This document shows positions 26,901 to 41,900 of a stretch of DNA of 64,000 nucleotides, in pieces. The stretch is from contig OZ059895.1 of NCBI GenBank assembly GCA_964057225.1, positions 21,762,001 through 21,826,000 on the forward strand, read 5' to 3'. Source of the DNA: Auanema rhodensis (lineage: Eukaryota; Animalia; Nematoda). Position 1 is the first letter of the stretch, and each line of letters begins with the position of its first letter. Position numbers and translations under genes: made by a program. The notes under the pieces are model-generated. The model searched no databases. It was not told the DNA's origin and saw only the letters and a program-made list of their open reading frames with translations.

Positions 26901-29900
26901 CTTATATCCTCGATTTTCACCCTGAAGAATTAATTTTTTCGTTGAATAACAATGTCCATCGTCTTCGCCTTGAAAAAAGGAATCTAAAAACATCTACTTT
27001 TTGCTAAATTATTTTGAAATTTTTCGAAAAAATTTTTGTCAAAATGTTTTTGGAAGCAATGTTGAGTGTACATGGAAACTCAACATACACTAATGCATCA
27101 TTTTTCAAACGATCATAACTAATTTTTGTATTAAGCGTTTCTCAATGTAGTATAGTGCATTCGATGCGGATTTTTAAGCTGCGTCGATCTGTGTTATCAG
27201 ATTTGCGCTAGCTTAAAAATGCACCGAGATATCAACTGATTTAAGTTCACACTTATATCCTCGATTTTCACCCTGAAGAATTAATTTTTTCGTTGAATAA
27301 CATCGTCCATCGTCTTTGCTTTCAAAAAAGGAATCTAAAAACATCTACTTTTTGCTAAATTATTCTGAAATTTTTCGAAAAAATTTTTGTCAAAATGTTT
27401 TTGGAAGCAATGTTGAGTGTACATGGAAACTCAACATACACTAATGCATCATTTTTCAAACGATCATAACTAATTTTTGTATTGAGCGTTTCTCAATGTA
27501 GAATAGTGCATTCGATGCGGATTTTTAAGCTGCGTCGGTCTGTGTTATCAGATTTGCGCTAGCTTAAAAATGCACCGAGATATCAACTGATATATGTTCA
27601 CACTTATATCCTCGATTTTCACCCTGAAGAATTAATTTTTTCGTTGAATAACAATGTCCATCGTCTTCGCCTTGAAAAAAGGAATCTAAAAACATCTTCT
27701 TTTTGCTAAATTATTTTGAAATTTTTCGAAAAAATTTTTGTCAAAATGTTTTTGGAAGCAATGTTGAGTGTACATGGAAACTCAACATACACTAATGCAT
27801 CATTTTTCAAACGATCATAACTAATTTTTGTATTAAGCGTTTCTCAATGTAGTATAGTGCATTCGATGCGGATTTTTAAGCTGCGTCGATCTGTGTTATC
27901 AGATTTGCGCTAGCTTAAAAATGCACCGAGATATCAACTGATATAAGTTCACACTTATATCCTCGATTTTCACCCTGAAGAATTAATTTTTTCGTTGAAT
28001 AACAATGTCCATCGTCTTCGCCTTGAAAAAAGGAATCTAAAAACATCTACTTTTTGCTAAATTATTTTGAAATTTTTCGAAAAAATTTTTGTCAAAATGT
28101 TTTTGGAAGCAATGTTGAGTGTACATGGAAACTCAACATACACTAATGCATCATTTTTCAAACGATCATAACTAATTTTTGTATTAAGCGTTTCTCAATG
28201 TAGTATAGTGCATTCGATGCGGATTTTTAAGCTGCGTCGATCTGTGTTATCAGATTTGCGCTAGCTTAAAAATGCACCGAGATATCAACTGATTTAAGTT
28301 CACACTTATATCCTCGATTTTCACCCTGAAGAATTAATTTTTTCGTTGAATAACATCGTCCATCGTCTTTGCTTTGAAAAAAGGAATCTAAAAACATCTA
28401 CTTTTTGCTAAATTATTCTGAAATTTTTCGAAAAAATTTTTGTCAAAATGTTTTTGGAAGCAATGTTGAGTGTACATGGAAACTCAACATACACTAATGC
28501 ATCATTTTTCAAACGATCATAACTAATTTTTGTATTGAGCGTTTCTCAATGTAGAATAGTGCATTCGATGCGGATTTTTAAGCTGCGTCGGTCTGTGTTA
28601 TCAGATTTGCGCTAGCTTAAAAATGCACCGAGATATCAACTGATATATGTTCACACTTATATCCTCGATTTTCACCCTGAAGAATTAATTTTTTCGTTGA
28701 ATAACAATGTCCATCGTCTTCGCCTTGAAAAAAGGAATCTAAAAACATCTACTTTTTGCTATATTATTTTGAAATTTTTCGAAAAAATTTTTGTCAAAAT
28801 GTTTTTGGAAGCAATGTTGAGTGTACATGGAAACTCAACATACACTAATGCATCATTTTTCAAACGATCATAACTAATTTTTGTATTGAGCGTTTCTCAA
28901 TGTAGAATAGTGCATTCGATGCGGATTTTCAAGCTGCGTCGGTCTGTGTTATCAGATTTGCGCTAGCTTAAAAATGCACCGAGATATCAACTGATATATG
29001 TTCACACTTATATCCTCGATTTTCACCCTGAAGAATTAATTTTTTCGTTGAATAACAATGTCCATCGTCTTCGCCTTGAAAAAAGGAATCTAAAAACATC
29101 TTCTTTTTGCTAAATTATTTTGAAATTTTTCGAAAAAATTTTTGTCAAAATGTTTTTGGAAGCAATGTTGAGTGTACATGGAAACTCAACATACACTAAT
29201 GCATCATTTTTCAAACGATCATAACTAATTTTTGTATTAAGCGTTTCTCAATGTAGTATAGTGCATTCGATGCGGATTTTTAAGCTGCGTCGATCTGTGT
29301 TATCAGATTTGCGCTAGCTTAAAAATGCACCGAGATATCAACTGATATAAGTTCACACTTATATCCTCGATTTTCACCCTGAAGAATTAATTTTTTCGTT
29401 GAATAACAATGTCCATCGTCTTCGCCTTGAAAAAAGGAATCTAAAAACATCTACTTTTTGCTAAATTATTTTGAAATTTTTCGAAAAAATTTTTGTCAAA
29501 ATGTTTTTGGAAGCAATGTTGAGTGTACATGGAAACTCAACATACACTAATGCATCATTTTTCAAACGATCATAACTAATTTTTGTATTAAGCGTTTCTC
29601 AATGTAGTATAGTGCATTCGATGCGGATTTTTAAGCTGCGTCGATCTGTGTTATCAGATTTGCGCTAGCTTAAAAATGCACCGAGATATCAACTGATTTA
29701 AGTTCACACTTATATCCTCGATTTTCACCCTGAAGAATTAATTTTTTCGTTGAATAACATCGTCCATCGTCTTTGCTTTGAAAAAAGGAATCTAAAAACA
29801 TCTACTTTTTGCTAAATTATTCTGAAATTTTTCGAAAAAATTTTTGTCAAAATGTTTTTGGAAGCAATGTTGAGTGTACATGGAAACTCAACATACACTA

Positions 29901-32900
29901 ATGCATCATTTTTCAAACGATCATAACTAATTTTTGTATTGAGCGTTTCTCAATGTAGAATAGTGCATTCGATGCGGATTTTTAAGCTGCGTCGGTCTGT
30001 GTTATCAGATTTGCGCTAGCTTAAAAATGCACCGAGATATCAACTGATATATGTTCACACTTATATCCTCGATTTTCACCCTGAAGAATTAATTTTTTCG
30101 TTGAATAACAATGTCCATCGTCTTCGCCTTGAAAAAAGGAATCTAAAAACATCTACTTTTTGCTATATTATTTTGAAATTTTTCGAAAAAATTTTTGTCA
30201 AAATGTTTTTGGAAGCAATGTTGAGTGTACATGGAAACTCAACATACACTAATGCATCATTTTTCAAACGATCATAACTAATTTTTGTATTGAGCGTTTC
30301 TCAATGTAGAATAGTGCATTCGATGCGGATTTTTAAGCTGCGTCGGTCTGTGTTATCAGATTTGCGCTAGCTTAAAAATGCACCGAGATATCAACTGATA
30401 TATGTTCACACTTATATCCTCGATTTTCACCCTGAAGAATTAATTTTTTCGTTGAATAACAATGTCCATCGTCTTTGCCTTGAAAAAAGGAATCTAAAAA
30501 CATCTACTTTTTGCTATATTATTTTGAAATTTTTCGAAAAAATTTTTGTCAAAATGTTTTTGGAAGCAATGTTGAGTGTACATGGAAACTCAACATACAC
30601 TAATGCATCATTTTTCAAACGATCATAACTAATTTTTGTATTGAGCGTTTCTCAATGTAGTATAGTGCATTCGATGCGGATTTTTAAGCTGCGTCGATCT
30701 GTGTTATCAGATTTGCGCAGGATTAAAAATGCACCGAGATATCAACTGATATAAGTTCACACTTATATCCTCGATTTTCACCCTGAAGAATTAATTTTTT
30801 CGTTGAATAACATCGTCCGTCGTCTTTGCCTTGAAAAAAGGAATCTAAAAACATCTACTTTTTGCTAAATTATTTTGAAATTTTTCGAAAAAATTTTTGT
30901 CAAAATGTTTTTGGAAGCAATGTTGATTGTACATGGAAACTCAACATACACTAATGCATCATTTTTCAAACGATCATAACTAATTTTTGTATTGAGCGTT
31001 TCTCAATGTAGAAAAGTGCATTCGATGCGGATTTTTAAGCTGCGTCGGTCTGTGTTATCAGATTTGCGCTAGCTTAAAAATGCACCGAGATATCAACTGA
31101 TATATGTTCACACTTATATCCTCGATTTTCACCCTGAAGAATTAATTTTTTCGTTGAATAACAATGTCCATCGTCTTTGCCTTGAAAAAAGGAATCTAAA
31201 AACATCTACTTTTTGCTAAATTATTCTGAAATTTTTCGAAAAAATTTTTGTCAAAATGTTTTTGGAAGCAATGTTGAGTGTACATGGAAACTCAACATAC
31301 ACTAATGCATCATTTTTCAAACGATCATAACTAATTTTTGTATTGAGCGTTTCTCAATGTAGAATAGTGCATTCGATGCGGATTTTTAAGCTGCGTCGGT
31401 CTGTGTTATCAGATTTGCGCTAGCTTAAAAATGCACCGAGATATCAACTGATATATGTTCACACTTATATCCTCGATTTTCACCCTGAAGAATTAATTTT
31501 TTCGTTGAATAACAATGTCCATCGTCTTTGCCTTGAAAAAAGGAATCTAAAAACATCTACTTTTTGCTAAATTATTCTGAAATTTTTCGAAAAAATTTTT
31601 GTCAAAATGTTTTTGGAAGCAATGTTGAGTGTACATGGAAACTCAACATACACTAATGCATCATTTTTCAAACGATCATAACTAATTTTTGTATTGAGCG
31701 TTTCTCAATGTAGAATAGTGCATTCGATGCGGATTTTTAAGCTGCGTCGGTCTGTGTTATCAGATTTGCGCTAGCTTAAAAATGCACCGAGATATCAACT
31801 GATATATGTTCACACTTATATCCTCGATTTTCACCCTGAAGAATTAATTTTTTCGTTGAATAACAATGTCCATCGTCTTTGCCTTGAAAAAAGGAATCTA
31901 AAAACATCTACTTTTTGCTAAATTATTCTGAAATTTTTCGAAAAAATTTTTGTCAAAATGTTTTTGGAAGCAATGTTGAGTGTACATGGAAACTCAACAT
32001 ACACTAATGCATCATTTTTCAAACGATCATAACTAATTTTTGTATTAAGCGTTTCTCAATGTAGTATAGTGCATTCGATGCGGATTCTTAAGCTGCGTCG
32101 ATCTGTGTTATCAGATTTGCGCTAGCTTAAAAATGCACCGAGATATCAACTGATATAAGTTCACACTTATATCCTCGATATTCACCCTGAAGAATTAATT
32201 TTTTCGTTGAATAACAATGTCCATCGTCTTTGCCTTGAAAAAAGGAATCTAAAAACATCTACTTTTTGCTATATTATTTTGAAATTTTTCGAAAAAATTT
32301 TTGTCAAAATGTTTTTGGAAGCAATGTTGAGTGTACATGGAAACTCAACATACACTAATGCATCATTTTTCAAACGATCATAACTAATTTTTGTATTGAG
32401 CGTTTCTCAATGTAGAAAAGTGCATTCGATGCGGATTTTTAAGCTGCGTCGGTCTGTGTTATCAGATTTGCGCTAGCTTAAAAATGCACCGAGATATCAA
32501 CTGATATATGTTCACACTTATATCCTCGATTTTCACCCTGAAGAATTAATTTTTTCGTTGAATAACAATGTCCATCGTCTTTGCCTTGAAAAAAGGAATC
32601 TAAAAACATCTACTTTTTGCTAAATTATTCTGAAATTTTTCGAAAAAATTTTTGTCAAAATGTTTTTGGAAGCAATGTTGAGTGTACATGGAAACTCAAC
32701 ATACACTAATGCATCATTTTTCAAACGATCATAACTAATTTTTGTATTGAGCGTTTCTCAATGTAGAATAGTGCATTCGATGCGGATTTTTAAGCTGCGT
32801 CGGTCTGTGTTATCAGATTTGCGCTAGCTTAAAAATGCACCGAGATATCAACTGATATATGTTCACACTTATATCCTCGATTTTCACCCTGAAGAATTAA

Positions 32901-35900
32901 TTTTTTCGTTGAATAACAATGTCCATCGTCTTTGCCTTGAAAAAAGGAATCTAAAAACATCTACTTTTTGCTAAATTATTCTGAAATTTTTCGAAAAAAT
33001 TTTTGTCAAAATGTTTTTGGAAGCAATGTTGAGTGTACATGGAAACTCAACATACACTAATGCATCATTTTTCAAACGATCATAACTAATTTTTGTATTG
33101 AGCGTTTCTCAATGTAGAATAGTGCATTCGATGCGGATTTTTAAGCTGCGTCGGTCTGTGTTATCAGATTTGCGCTAGCTTAAAAATGCACCGAGATATC
33201 AACTGATATATGTTCACACTTATATCCTCGTTTTTCACCCTGAAGAATTAATTTTTTCGTTGAATAACAATGTCCATCGTCTTTGCCTTGAAAAAAGGAA
33301 TCTAAAAACATCTACTTTTTGCTAAATTATTCTGAAATTTTTCGAAAAAATTTTTGTCAAAATGTTTTTGGAAGCAATGTTGAGTGTACATGGAAACTCA
33401 ACATACACTAATGCATCATTTTTCAAACGATCATAACTAATTTTTGTATTAAGCGTTTCTCAATGTAGTATAGTGCATTCGATGCGGATTTTTAAGCTGC
33501 GTCGATCTGTGTTATCAGATTTGCGCTAGCTTAAAAATGCACCGAGATATCAACTGATTTAAGTTCACACTTATATCCTCGATTTTCACCCTGAAGAATT
33601 AATTTTTTCGTTGAATAACATCGTCCATCGTCTTTGCTTTGAAAAAAGGAATCTAAAAACATCTACTTTTTGCTAAATTATTCTGAAATTTTTCGAAAAA
33701 ATTTTTGTCAAAATGTTTTTGGAAGCAATGTTGAGTGTACATGGAAACTCAACATACACTAATGCATCATTTTTCAAACGATCATAACTAATTTTTGTAT
33801 TGAGCGTTTCTCAATGTAGAATAGTGCATTCGATGCGGATTTTTAAGCTGCGTCGGTCTGTGTTATCAGATTTGCGCTAGCTTAAAAATGCACCGAGATA
33901 TCAACTGATATAAGTTCACACTTATATCCTCGATTTTCACCCTGAAGAATTAATTTTTTCGTTGAATAACAATGTCCATCGTCTTTGCTTTGAAAAAAGG
34001 AATCTAAAAACATCTACTTTTTGCTAAATTATTCTGAAATTTTTCGAAAAAATTTTTGTCAAAATGTTTTTGGAAGCAATGTTGAGTGTACATGGAAACT
34101 CAACATACACTAATGCATCATTTTTCAAACGATCATAACTAATTTTTGTATTGAGCGTTTCTCAATGTAGAATAGTGCATTCGATGCGGATTTTTAAGCT
34201 GCGTCGGTCTGTGTTATCAGATTTGCGCTAGCTTAAAAATGCACCGAGATATCAACTGATATATGTTCACACTTATATCCTCGATTTTCACCCTGAAGAA
34301 TTAATTTTTTCGTTGAATAACAATGTCCATCGTCTTTGCCTTGAAAAAAGGAATCTAAAAACATCTACTTTTTGCTATATTATTTTGAAATTTTTCGAAA
34401 AAATTTTTGTCAAAATGTTTTTGGAAGCAATGTTGAGTGTACATGGAAACTCAACATACACTAATGCATCATTTTTCAAACGATCATAACTAATTTTTGT
34501 ATTGAGCGTTTCTCAATGTAGTATAGTGCATTCGATGCGGATTTTTAAGCTGCGTCGATCTGTGTTATCAGATTTGCGCAGGATTAAAAATGCACCGAGA
34601 TATCAACTGATATAAGTTCACACTTATATCCTCGATTTTCACCCTGAAGAATTAATTTTTTCGTTGAATAACATCGTCCATCGTCTTTGCCTTGAAAAAA
34701 GGAATCTAAAAACATCTACTTTTTGCTAAATTATTTTGAAATTTTTCGAAAAAATTTTTGTCAAAATGTTTTTGGAAGCAATGTTGATTGTACATGGAAA
34801 CTCAACATACACTAATGCATCATTTTTCAAACGATCATAACTAATTTTTGTATTGAGCGTTTCTCAATGTAGAAAAGTGCATTCGATGCGGATTTTTAAG
34901 CTGCGTCGGTCTGTGTTATCAGATTTGCGCTAGCTTAAAAATGCACCGAGATATCAACTGATATATGTTCACACTTATATCCTCGATTTTCACCCTGAAG
35001 AATTAATTTTTTCGTTGAATAACAATGTCCATCGTCTTTGCCTTGAAAAAAGGAATCTAAAAACATCTACTTTTTGCTAAATTATTCTGAAATTTTTCGA
35101 AAAAATTTTTGTCAAAATGTTTTTGGAAGCAATGTTGAGTGTACATGGAAACTCAACATACACTAATGCATCATTTTTCAAACGATCATAACTAATTTTT
35201 GTATTGAGCGTTTCTCAATGTAGAATAGTGCATTCGATGCGGATTTTTAAGCTGCGTCGGTCTGTGTTATCAGATTTGCGCTAGCTTAAAAATGCACCGA
35301 GATATCAACTGATATATGTTCACACTTATATCCTCGATTTTCACCCTGAAGAATTAATTTTTTCGTTGAATAACAATGTCCATCGTCTTTGCCTTGAAAA
35401 AAGGAATCTAAAAACATCTACTTTTTGCTAAATTATTCTGAAATTTTTCGAAAAAATTTTTGTCAAAATGTTTTTGGAAGCAATGTTGAGTGTACATGGA
35501 AACTCAACATACACTAATGCATCATTTTTCAAACGATCATAACTAATTTTTGTATTAAGCGTTTCTCAATGTAGTATAGTGCATTCGATGCGGATTTTTA
35601 AGCTGCGTCGATCTGTGTTATCAGATTTGCGCTAGCTTAAAAATGCACCGAGATATCAACTGATATAAGTTCACACTTATATCCTCGATATTCACCCTGA
35701 AGAATTAATTTTTTCGTTGAATAACAATGTCCATCGTCTTTGCCTTGAAAAAAGGAATCTAAAAACATCTACTTTTTGCTATATTATTTTGAAATTTTTC
35801 GAAAAAATTTTTGTCAAAATGTTTTTGGAAGCAATGTTGAGTGTACATGGAAACTCAACATACACTAATGCATCATTTTTCAAACGATCATAACTAATTT

Positions 35901-38900
35901 TTGTATTGAGCGTTTCTCAATGTAGAAAAGTGCATTCGATGCGGATTTTTAAGCTGCGTCGGTCTGTGTTATCAGATTTGCGCTAGCTTAAAAATGCACC
36001 GAGATATCAACTGATATATGTTCACACTTATATCCTCGATTTTCACCCTGAAGAATTAATTTTTTCGTTGAATAACAATGTCCATCGTCTTTGCCTTGAA
36101 AAAAGGAATCTAAAAACATCTACTTTTTGCTAAATTATTCTGAAATTTTTCGAAAAAATTTTTGTCAAAATGTTTTTGGAAGCAATGTTGAGTGTACATG
36201 GAAACTCAACATACACTAATGCATCATTTTTCAAACGATCATAACTAATTTTTGTATTGAGCGTTTCTCAATGTAGAATAGTGCATTCGATGCGGATTTT
36301 TAAGCTGCGTCGGTCTGTGTTATCAGATTTGCGCTAGCTTAAAAATGCACCGAGATATCAACTGATATATGTTCACACTTATATCCTCGATTTTCACCCT
36401 GAAGAATTAATTTTTTCGTTGAATAACAATGTCCATCGTCTTTGCCTTGAAAAAAGGAATCTAAAAACATCTACTTTTTGCTAAATTATTCTGAAATTTT
36501 TCGAAAAAATTTTTGTCAAAATGTTTTTGGAAGCAATGTTGAGTGTACATGGAAACTCAACATACACTAATGCATCATTTTTCAAACGATCATAACTAAT
36601 TTTTGTATTGAGCGTTTCTCAATGTAGAATAGTGCATTCGATGCGGATTTTTAAGCTGCGTCGGTCTGTGTTATCAGATTTGCGCTAGCTTAAAAATGCA
36701 CCGAGATATCAACTGATATATGTTCACACTTATATCCTCGTTTTTCACCCTGAAGAATTAATTTTTTCGTTGAATAACAATGTCCATCGTCTTTGCCTTG
36801 AAAAAAGGAATCTAAAAACATCTACTTTTTGCTAAATTATTCTGAAATTTTTCGAAAAAATTTTTGTCAAAATGTTTTTGGAAGCAATGTTGAGTGTACA
36901 TGGAAACTCAACATACACTAATGCATCATTTTTCAAACGATCATAACTAATTTTTGTATTAAGCGTTTCTCAATGTAGTATAGTGCATTCGATGCGGATT
37001 TTTAAGCTGCATCGATCTGTGTTATCAGATTTGCGCTAGCTTAAAAATGCACCGAGATATCAACTGATATAAGTTCACACTTATAACCTCGATTTTCACC
37101 CTGAAGAATTAATTTTTTCGTTGAATAAAAATGTCCATCGTCTTTGCCTTAAAAAAAGGTATCTAAAAACATCTACTTTTTGCTAAATTATTTTGAAATT
37201 TTTCGAAAAAATTTTTGTCAAAATGTTTTTGGAAGCAATGTTGAGTGTACATGGAAACTCAACATACACTAATGCATCATTTTTCAAACGATCATAACTA
37301 ATTTTTGTATTAAGCGTTTCTCAATGTAGTATAGTGCATTCGATGCGGATTTTTAAGCTGCGTCGATCTGTGTTATCAGATTTGCGCTAGCTTAAAAATG
37401 CACCGAGATATCAACTGATATAAGTTCACACTTATATCCTCGATATTCACCCTGAAGAATTAATTTTTTCGTTGAATAACAATGTCCATCGTCTTTGCCT
37501 TGAAAAAAGGAATCTAAAAACATCTACTTTTTGCTATATTATTTTGAAATTTTTCGAAAAAATTTTTGTCAAAATGTTTTTGGAAGCAATGTTGAGTGTA
37601 CATGGAAACTCAACATACACTAATGCATCATTTTTCAAACGATCATAACTAATTTTTGTATTGAGCGTTTCTCAATGTAGAAAAGTGCATTCGATGCGGA
37701 TTTTTAAGCTGCGTCGGTCTGTGTTATCAGATTTGCGCTAGCTTAAAAATGCACCGAGATATCATCTGATATATGTTCACACTTATATCCTCGATTTTCA
37801 CCCTGAAGAATTAATTTTTTCGTTGAATAACAATGTCCATCGTCTTTGCCTTGAAAAAAGGAATCTAAAAACATCTACTTTTTGCTAAATTATTCTGAAA
37901 TTTTTCGAAAAAATTTTTGTCAAAATGTTTTTGGAAGCAATGTTGAGTGTACATGGAAACTCAACATACACTAATGCATCATTTTTCAAACGATCATAAC
38001 TAATTTTTGTATTGAGCGTTTCTCAATGTAGAATAGTGCATTCGATGCGGATTTTTAAGCTGCGTCGGTCTGTGTTATCAGATTTGCGCTAGCTTAAAAA
38101 TGCACCGAGATATCAACTGATATATGTTCACACTTATATCCTCGATTTTCACCCTGAAGAATTAATTTTTTCGTTGAATAACAATGTCCATCGTCTTTGC
38201 CTTGAAAAAAGGAATCTAAAAACATCTACTTTTTGCTAAATTATTCTGAAATTTTTCGAAAAAATTTTTGTCAAAATGTTTTTGGAAGCAATGTTGAGTG
38301 TACATGGAAACTCAACATACACTAATGCATCATTTTTCAAACGATCATAACTAATTTTTGTATTGAGCGTTTCTCAATGTAGAATAGTGCATTCGATGCG
38401 GATTTTTAAGCTGCGTCGGTCTGTGTTATCAGATTTGCGCTAGCTTAAAAATGCACCGAGATATCAACTGATATATGTTCACACTTATATCCTCGATTTT
38501 CACCCTGAAGAATTAATTTTTTCGTTGAATAACAATGTCCATCGTCTTTGCCTTGAAAAAAGGAATCTAAAAACATCTACTTTTTGCTAAATTATTCTGA
38601 AATTTTTCGAAAAAATTTTTGTCAAAATGTTTTTGGAAGCAATGTTGAGTGTACATGGAAACTCAACATACACTAATGCATCATTTTTCAAACGATCATA
38701 ACTAATTTTTGTATTGAGCGTTTCTCAATGTAGAATAGTGCATTCGATGCGGATTTTTAAGCTGCGTCGGTCTGTGTTATCAGATTTGCGCTAGCTTAAA
38801 AATGCACCGAGATATCAACTGATATAAGTTCACACTTACATCCTCGATTTTCACCCTGAAGAATTAATTTTTTCGTTGAATAACATTGTCCATCGTCTTC

Positions 38901-41900
38901 GCCTTGAAAAAAGGAATCTAAAAACATCTACTTTTGCTAAATTATTTTGAAATTTTTCGAAAAAATTTTTGTCAAAATGTTTTTGGAAGCAATGTTGAGT
39001 GTACATGGAAACTCAACATACACTAATGCATCATTTTTCAAACGATCATAACTAATTTTTGTATTGAGCGTTTCTCATTGTAGTATAGTGCATTCGATGC
39101 GGATTTTTGAGCTGCGTCGATCTGTGTTATCAGATTTGCGCTAGCTTAAAAATGCACCGAGATATCAACTGATATAAGTTCACACTTATAACCTCGATTT
39201 TCACCCTGAAGAATTAATTTTTTCGTTGAATAAAAATGTCCATCGTCTTTGCCTTAAAAAAAGGTATCTAAAAACATCTACTTTTTGCTAAATTATTTTG
39301 AAATTTTTCGAAAAAATTTTTGTCAAAATGTTTTTGGAAGCAATGTTGAGTGTACATGGAAACTCAACATACACTAATGCATCATTTTTCAAACGATCAT
39401 AACTAATTTTTGTATTAAGCGTTTCTCAATGTAGTATAGTGCATTCGATGCGGATTTTTAAGCTGCGTCGATCTGTGTTATCAGATTTGCGCTAGCTTAA
39501 AAATGCACCGAGATATCAACTGATATAAGTTCACACTTATATCCTCGATATTCACCCTGAAGAATTAATTTTTTCGTTGATTAACAATGTCCATCGTCTT
39601 TGCCTTGAAAAAAGGAATCTAAAAACATCTACTTTTTGCTAAATTATTTTGAAATTTTTCGAAAAAATTTTTGTCAAAATGTTTTTGGAAGCAATGTTGA
39701 GTGTACATGGAAACTCAACATACACTAATGCATCATTTTTCAAACGATCATAACTAATTTTTGTATTGAGCGTTTCTCAATGTAGAAAAGTGCATTCGAT
39801 GCGGATTTTTAAGCTGCGTCGGTCTGTGTTATCAGATTTGCGCTAGCTTAAAAATGCACCGAGATATCAACTGATATATGTTCACACTTATATCCTCGAT
39901 TTTCACCCTGAAGAATTAATTTTTTCGTTGAATAACAATGTCCATCGTCTTTGCCTTAAAAAAGGTATCTAAAAACATCTACTTTTTGCTAAATTATTCT
40001 GAAATTTTTCGAAAAAATTTTTGTCAAAATGTTTTTGGAAGCAATGTTGAGTGTACATGGAAACTCAACATACACTAATGCATCATTTTTCAAACGATCA
40101 TAACTAATTTTTGTATTGAGCGTTTCTCAATGTAGAATAGTGCATTCGATGCGGATTTTTAAGCTGCGTCGGTCTGTGTTATCAGATTTGCGCTAGCTTA
40201 AAAATGCACCGAGATATCAACTGATATATGTTCACACTTATATCCTCGTTTTTCACCCTGAAGAATTAATTTTTTCGTTGAATAACAATGTCCATCGTCT
40301 TTGCCTTGAAAAAAGGAATCTAAAAACATCTACTTTTTGCTAAATTATTCTGAAATTTTTCGAAAAAATTTTTGTCAAAATGTTTTTGGAAGCAATGTTG
40401 AGTGTACATGGAAACTCAACATACACTAATGCATCATTTTTCAAACGATCATAACTAATTTTTGTATTAAGCGTTTCTCAATGTAGTATAGTGCATTCGA
40501 TGCGGATTTTTAAGCTGCATCGATCTGTGTTATCAGATTTGCGCTAGCTTAAAAATGCACCGAGATATCAACTGATATAAGTTCACACTTATAACCTCGA
40601 TTTTCACCCTGAAGAATTAATTTTTTCGTTGAATAAAAATGTCCATCGTCTTTGCCTTAAAAAAAGGTATCTAAAAACATCTACTTTTTGCTAAATTATT
40701 TTGAAATTTTTCGAAAAAATTTTTGTCAAAATGTTTTTGGAAGCAATGTTGAGTGTACATGGAAACTCAACATACACTAATGCATCATTTTTCAAACGAT
40801 CATAACTAATTTTTGTATTAAGCGTTTCTCAATGTAGTATAGTGCATTCGATGCGGATTTTTAAGCTGCGTCGATCTGTGTTATCAGATTTGCGCTAGCT
40901 TAAAAATGCACCGAGATATCAACTGATATAAGTTCACACTTATATCCTCGATTTTCACCCTGAAGAATTAATTTTTTCGTTGAATAACAATGTCCATCGT
41001 CTTCGCCTTGAAAAAAGGAATCTAAAAACATCTACTTTTTGCTAAATTATTTTGAAATTTTTCGAAAAAATTTTTGTCAAAATGTTTTTGGAAGCAATGT
41101 TGAGTGTACATGGAAACTCAACATACACTAATGCATCATTTTTCAAACGATCATAACTAATTTTTGCATTAAGCGTTTCTCAATGTAGTATAGTGCATTC
41201 GATGCGGATTTTTAAGCTGCATCGATCTGTGTTATCAGATTTGCGCTAGCTTAAAAATGCACCGAGATATCAACTGATATAAGTTCACACTTATATCCTC
41301 GATTTTCACCCTGAAGAATTAATTTTTTCGTTGAATAACAATGTCCATCGTCTTTGCCTTAAAAAAGGTATCTAAAAACATCTACTTTTTGCTAAATTAT
41401 TTTGAAATTTTTCGAAAAAATTTTTGTCAAAATGTTTTTGGAAGCAATGTTGAGTGTACATGGAAACTCAACATACACTAATGCATCATTTTTCAAACGA
41501 TCATAACTAATTTTTGTATTAAGCGTTTCTCAATGTCGAATAGTGCATTCGATGCGGATATTTAAGCTGCATCGATCTGTGTTATCAGATTTGCGCTAGC
41601 TTAAAAATGCACCGAGATATCAACTGATATAAGTTCACACTTATATCCTCGATTTTCACCCTGAAGAATTAATTTTTTCGTTGAATAACAATGTCCATCG
41701 TCTTTGCCTTGAAAAAAGGAATCTAAAAACATCTACTTTTTGCTATATTATTTTGAAATTTTTCGAAAAAATTTTTGTCAAAATGTTTTTGGAAGCAATG
41801 TTGAGTGTACATGGAAACTCAACATACACTAATGCATCATTTTTCAAACGATCATAACTAATTTTTGTATTGAGCGTTTCTCAATGTAGAAAAGTGCATT

